A stretch of 32,000 nt of DNA, taken from the NCBI RefSeq assembly GCF_000195955.2, contig NC_000962.3:2940001-2972000 (forward strand). The letters are read 5' to 3'. The first letter of the stretch is position 1. Each line of letters starts with the position of its first letter. Below, one piece after another: positions 29,753 to 32,000 of this stretch. The position numbers and the translations under genes are program-made. A model generated the notes under the pieces. The model did not search any database. It saw only the letters and a program-made list of their open reading frames with translations, and was not told where the DNA came from. Source of the stretch: Mycobacterium tuberculosis H37Rv (GTDB lineage: Bacteria > Actinomycetota > Actinomycetes > Mycobacteriales > Mycobacteriaceae).

Positions 29753-29825
29753 GCGGATGTAGCGCAGTTGGTAGCGCATCACCTTGCCAAGGTGAGGGTC
29801 GCGGGTTCGAATCCCGTCATCCGCT
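29753..29825 (+). tRNA. tRNA-Gly (anticodon GCC)
   Basis: GCGGATGTAGCGCAGTTGGTAGCGCATCACCTTGCCAAGGTGAGGGTCGCGGGTTCGAATCCCGTCATCCGCT; loop TTGCCAA. Confidence 0.95.
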
Positions 29826-29854
29826 CGAAGGTGCTAGTGGCATCAAATCCCAGC

Positions 29855-29925
29855 GGTGGAGTGGCCGAGTGGTGAGGCAACGGCCTGCAAAGCCGTGCAC
29901 ACGGGTTCGATTCCCGTCTCCACCT
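29855..29925 (+). tRNA. tRNA-Cys (anticodon GCA), followed by CCA
   Basis: GGTGGAGTGGCCGAGTGGTGAGGCAACGGCCTGCAAAGCCGTGCACACGGGTTCGATTCCCGTCTCCACCT. Confidence 0.95.
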
Positions 29926-29941
29926 CCAGGTTCAACCCCCA

Positions 29942-30013
29942 GCGCGATTAGCTCAGCGGGAGAGCGCTTCCCTGACACGGAAGAGGTCACTGGTTCAATC
30001 CCAGTATCGCGCA
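29942..30013 (+). tRNA. tRNA-Val (anticodon GAC), followed by CCA
   Basis: GCGCGATTAGCTCAGCGGGAGAGCGCTTCCCTGACACGGAAGAGGTCACTGGTTCAATCCCAGTATCGCGCA; loop CTGACAC. Confidence 0.95.
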
Positions 30014-30122
30014 CCAGTGTTCGAGCAGGTCAGGCCTGGTTTTTACCGGGCCTTCGCCGTTTCCGCGCAATAAACGCGCAATAGTGCCGCCGCTGGGTGC
30101 GCCCCACGGAGGAGTTTGCTAA

Positions 30123-30554
30123 ATGACCACCACGCCCCGACAACCCCTGTTCTGCGCCCACGCCGACACCAACGGCGACCCGGGCCGCTGCGCCTGCGGC
30201 CAGCAGCTCGCCGACGTCGGCCCGGCCACCCCGCCACCGCCCTGGTGCGAACCGGGCACCGAACCCATCTGGGAGCAGCTCACCGAACGATACGGCGGCG
30301 TCACAATCTGCCAGTGGACACGATATTTTCCGGCCGGCGACCCGGTGGCTGCCGACGTGTGGATCGCCGCCGACGATCGTGTCGTTGACGGCCGGGTGCT
30401 GCGCACCCAACCGGCGATTCACTACACGGAACCGCCCGTGTTGGGGATCGGCCCGGCGGCGGCCCGCCGGCTGGCCGCTGAGCTGCTCAACGCCGCCGAC
30501 ACCCTCGACGACGGCCGCCGGCAGCTAGACGACCTCGGCGAACACCGGCGGTGA
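30123..30554 (+). CDS. Hypothetical accessory protein (Rv2645-like)
   Basis: 143 aa MTTTPRQPLFCAHADTNGDPGRCACGQQLADVG; overlaps start of the recombinase gene by 4 nt. Confidence 0.72.
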   Translation: MTTTPRQPLFCAHADTNGDPGRCACGQQLADVGPATPPPPWCEPGTEPIWEQLTERYGGVTICQWTRYFPAGDPVAADVWIAADDRVVDGRVLRTQPAIHYTEPPVLGIGPAAARRLAAELLNAADTLDDGRRQLDDLGEHRR

Positions 30555-31549
30555 ACACCGCGACCCGGGTCCGGCTGGCCCGCAAACGCGCCGACCGGCT
30601 CAATCTGAAACTAATCAAGAACGGCCACCACTTCAGGTTGCGTGACGCCGACGAGATCACGCTGGCGGTCGGGCACCTAGGGGTGGTGGAAGCCTTCCTG
30701 GCGGCGGCCAAGTCGCAAAACAAGCCGCCCGGTCCGCCGCCGAGCCTCCACGCCCCGCCATCCTGGCGGCGCGACATCGACGACTACCTGCTCAACCTGA
30801 ACGCCGCCGGTCAACGCCCAGCGACGATCCGGCTACGCAAGACGGTGCTGTGCGCAGCCGCCCACGGCCTCGGCCGCCCACCCGCCGACGTCACCGCCGA
30901 ACACCTCCTGGACTGGCTAGGCAAACAGCAGCACCTCTCCCCAGAGGGCCGCAAAACCTATCGCAGCACGTTGCGGGGCTTCTTCGTGTGGGCCTACGAA
31001 ATGGACCGGGTGCGCGACTATGTCGCAGACTCCCTGCCTAAGGTGCGCTGCCCGAAACAGCCGCCCCGCCCGGCCGGCGACGACGTCTGGCAAGCGGCGC
31101 TGGCCAAGGCCGACCGTCGAATCGAGCTGATGATCCGCCTAGCCGGTGAGGCCGGGCTGCGACGCGCCGAAGCCGCCCAGGCGCACACCGGCGACTTGAT
31201 GGACGGCGGGCTTCTCCTCGTTCACGGCAAAGGTGGTAAACGCCGTATTGTGCCGATCAGCGACTACTTGGCCGCGCTCATCCGCGACACCCCGCACGGC
31301 TACCTGTTCCCCAACGGCACCGGCGGCCACCTCACCGCCGAACACGTGGGAAAACTCGTCTCCCGGGCATTACCCGGTGACGCGACCATGCACACCCTGC
31401 GGCACCGATACGCCACCCGCGCCTACCGCGGCTCCCACAACTTGCGAGCTGTACAACAACTTCTCGGTCACGCCTCGATCGTGACAACAGAACGCTACAC
31501 AGCGCTGTGCGACGACGAGGTGCGCGCCGCAGCAGCAGCCGCATGGTGA
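30551..31549 (+). CDS. Tyrosine recombinase/phage-type integrase (Rv2646-like)
   Basis: 332 aa; RLAGEAGLRRAEAAQAHTGD ... HTLRHRYATRAYRGSHNLRAVQQLLGHASIVTTERYTAL: R/HxLR/GH/Y signature. Confidence 0.92.
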   Translation: MNTATRVRLARKRADRLNLKLIKNGHHFRLRDADEITLAVGHLGVVEAFLAAAKSQNKPPGPPPSLHAPPSWRRDIDDYLLNLNAAGQRPATIRLRKTVLCAAAHGLGRPPADVTAEHLLDWLGKQQHLSPEGRKTYRSTLRGFFVWAYEMDRVRDYVADSLPKVRCPKQPPRPAGDDVWQAALAKADRRIELMIRLAGEAGLRRAEAAQAHTGDLMDGGLLLVHGKGGKRRIVPISDYLAALIRDTPHGYLFPNGTGGHLTAEHVGKLVSRALPGDATMHTLRHRYATRAYRGSHNLRAVQQLLGHASIVTTERYTALCDDEVRAAAAAAW

Positions 31550-31559
31550 GTCGCCCTGG

Positions 31560-32000
31560 CGTTTGCTGCAGCCGATCGGCGTCACCCCCGACAGGCGGCT
31601 CGTATTCGGCCAGCGGCGGCTCGAGGCTGCACGGCTGCTCGGATGGGAGCGCATCCCGGTGCACGTGTGCCACACGATCGCCGACGTGGTCGACCGGGCC
31701 AAAGCCGAACGCTCCGAAAACACGCTTCGCAAGGATTTCACCCCCTCGGAGCTGCTCGCCGCTGGTCGCCGGATCGCCGAGCTGGAACGGCCGAAAGCCA
31801 AACAGCGGCAACGCGAAGGCGGCGACCATGGCCGCCAGGCTCGATATTCTGGCTTAGGCTCCATGGAGCCTAAGCCAGAATCAGAGCGCGATGCCCACAA
31901 AGCCGACACTGCCATCAGCGAAGCCCTCGGCATCTCCCGCGGCCACTACCAGCGGCTCAAACGAATCGACAACGCAACCCGCAGCGAAGCTGGCTACCGG
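31560..32000 (+). CDS. ParB/Noc-like (ParB nuclease-domain) protein, 5'-truncated-looking, open at window end
   Basis: Frame of 31581: WRLLQPIGVTPDRRLVFGQRRLEAARLLGWERIPVHVCHTIADVVDRAKAERSENTLRKDFTPSELLAAGRRIAELERPKAKQRQREGG...ISEALGISRGHYQRLKRIDNATRSEAGYR, no stop to the window end. Confidence 0.72.

Larger units (their letters stand above)
30014..32000. mobile_element. Left part of an accessory/prophage-like block beginning at the 3' end of tRNA-Val(GAC)
   Basis: Tyrosine recombinase and ParB-like ORF directly downstream of a tRNA 3' end; recalled as the phiRv2-adjacent region of M. tuberculosis. Right boundary outside window. Confidence 0.6.

Noticed and set aside
29817-30014. Minus-strand ORF with MRDTGIEPVTSSVSG and GDGNRTRVHG.
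   Set aside because: Typical spurious translation across tRNA genes.

Overview
High-GC actinobacterial DNA that I recognise from memory (not by search) as the Mycobacterium tuberculosis complex chromosome around Rv2612c-Rv2647. Left to right: pgsA1/HIT/thrS operon; PE_PGRS45; small membrane proteins and two related HTH regulators; a dormancy (DosR-type) island with two universal stress proteins, a CBS-domain M50 protease, Hrp1, Rv2627c, Rv2628, an eRF1-like protein, an archease-like protein and the RNA ligase RtcB; hemerythrin-like protein; PE_PGRS46; CPT-like kinase, DedA, STAS protein; an arsenic/cadmium cluster; four tRNAs; then the left edge of an accessory/prophage-like block with a tyrosine recombinase and an open ParB-like ORF. 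Less obvious observations: (1) rtcB is split by one extra base: its conserved N-terminus lies in another frame at 17448-17571, next to an archease-like and an eRF1-like gene; (2) a decayed MazEF-type toxin-antitoxin module on the + strand at about 28593-29155, with the MazF reading frame broken twice and a predicted minus-strand ORF opposite it; (3) a fragmentary second triosephosphate isomerase in three frames at 3371-3554 between thrS and PE_PGRS45; (4) a perfect 12-bp inverted repeat in the Rv2617c/Rv2618 divergent promoter; (5) ArsR-like and DosR-like operator candidates; (6) a 5'-truncated ParB-like ORF running off the window end and missed by the ORF track.
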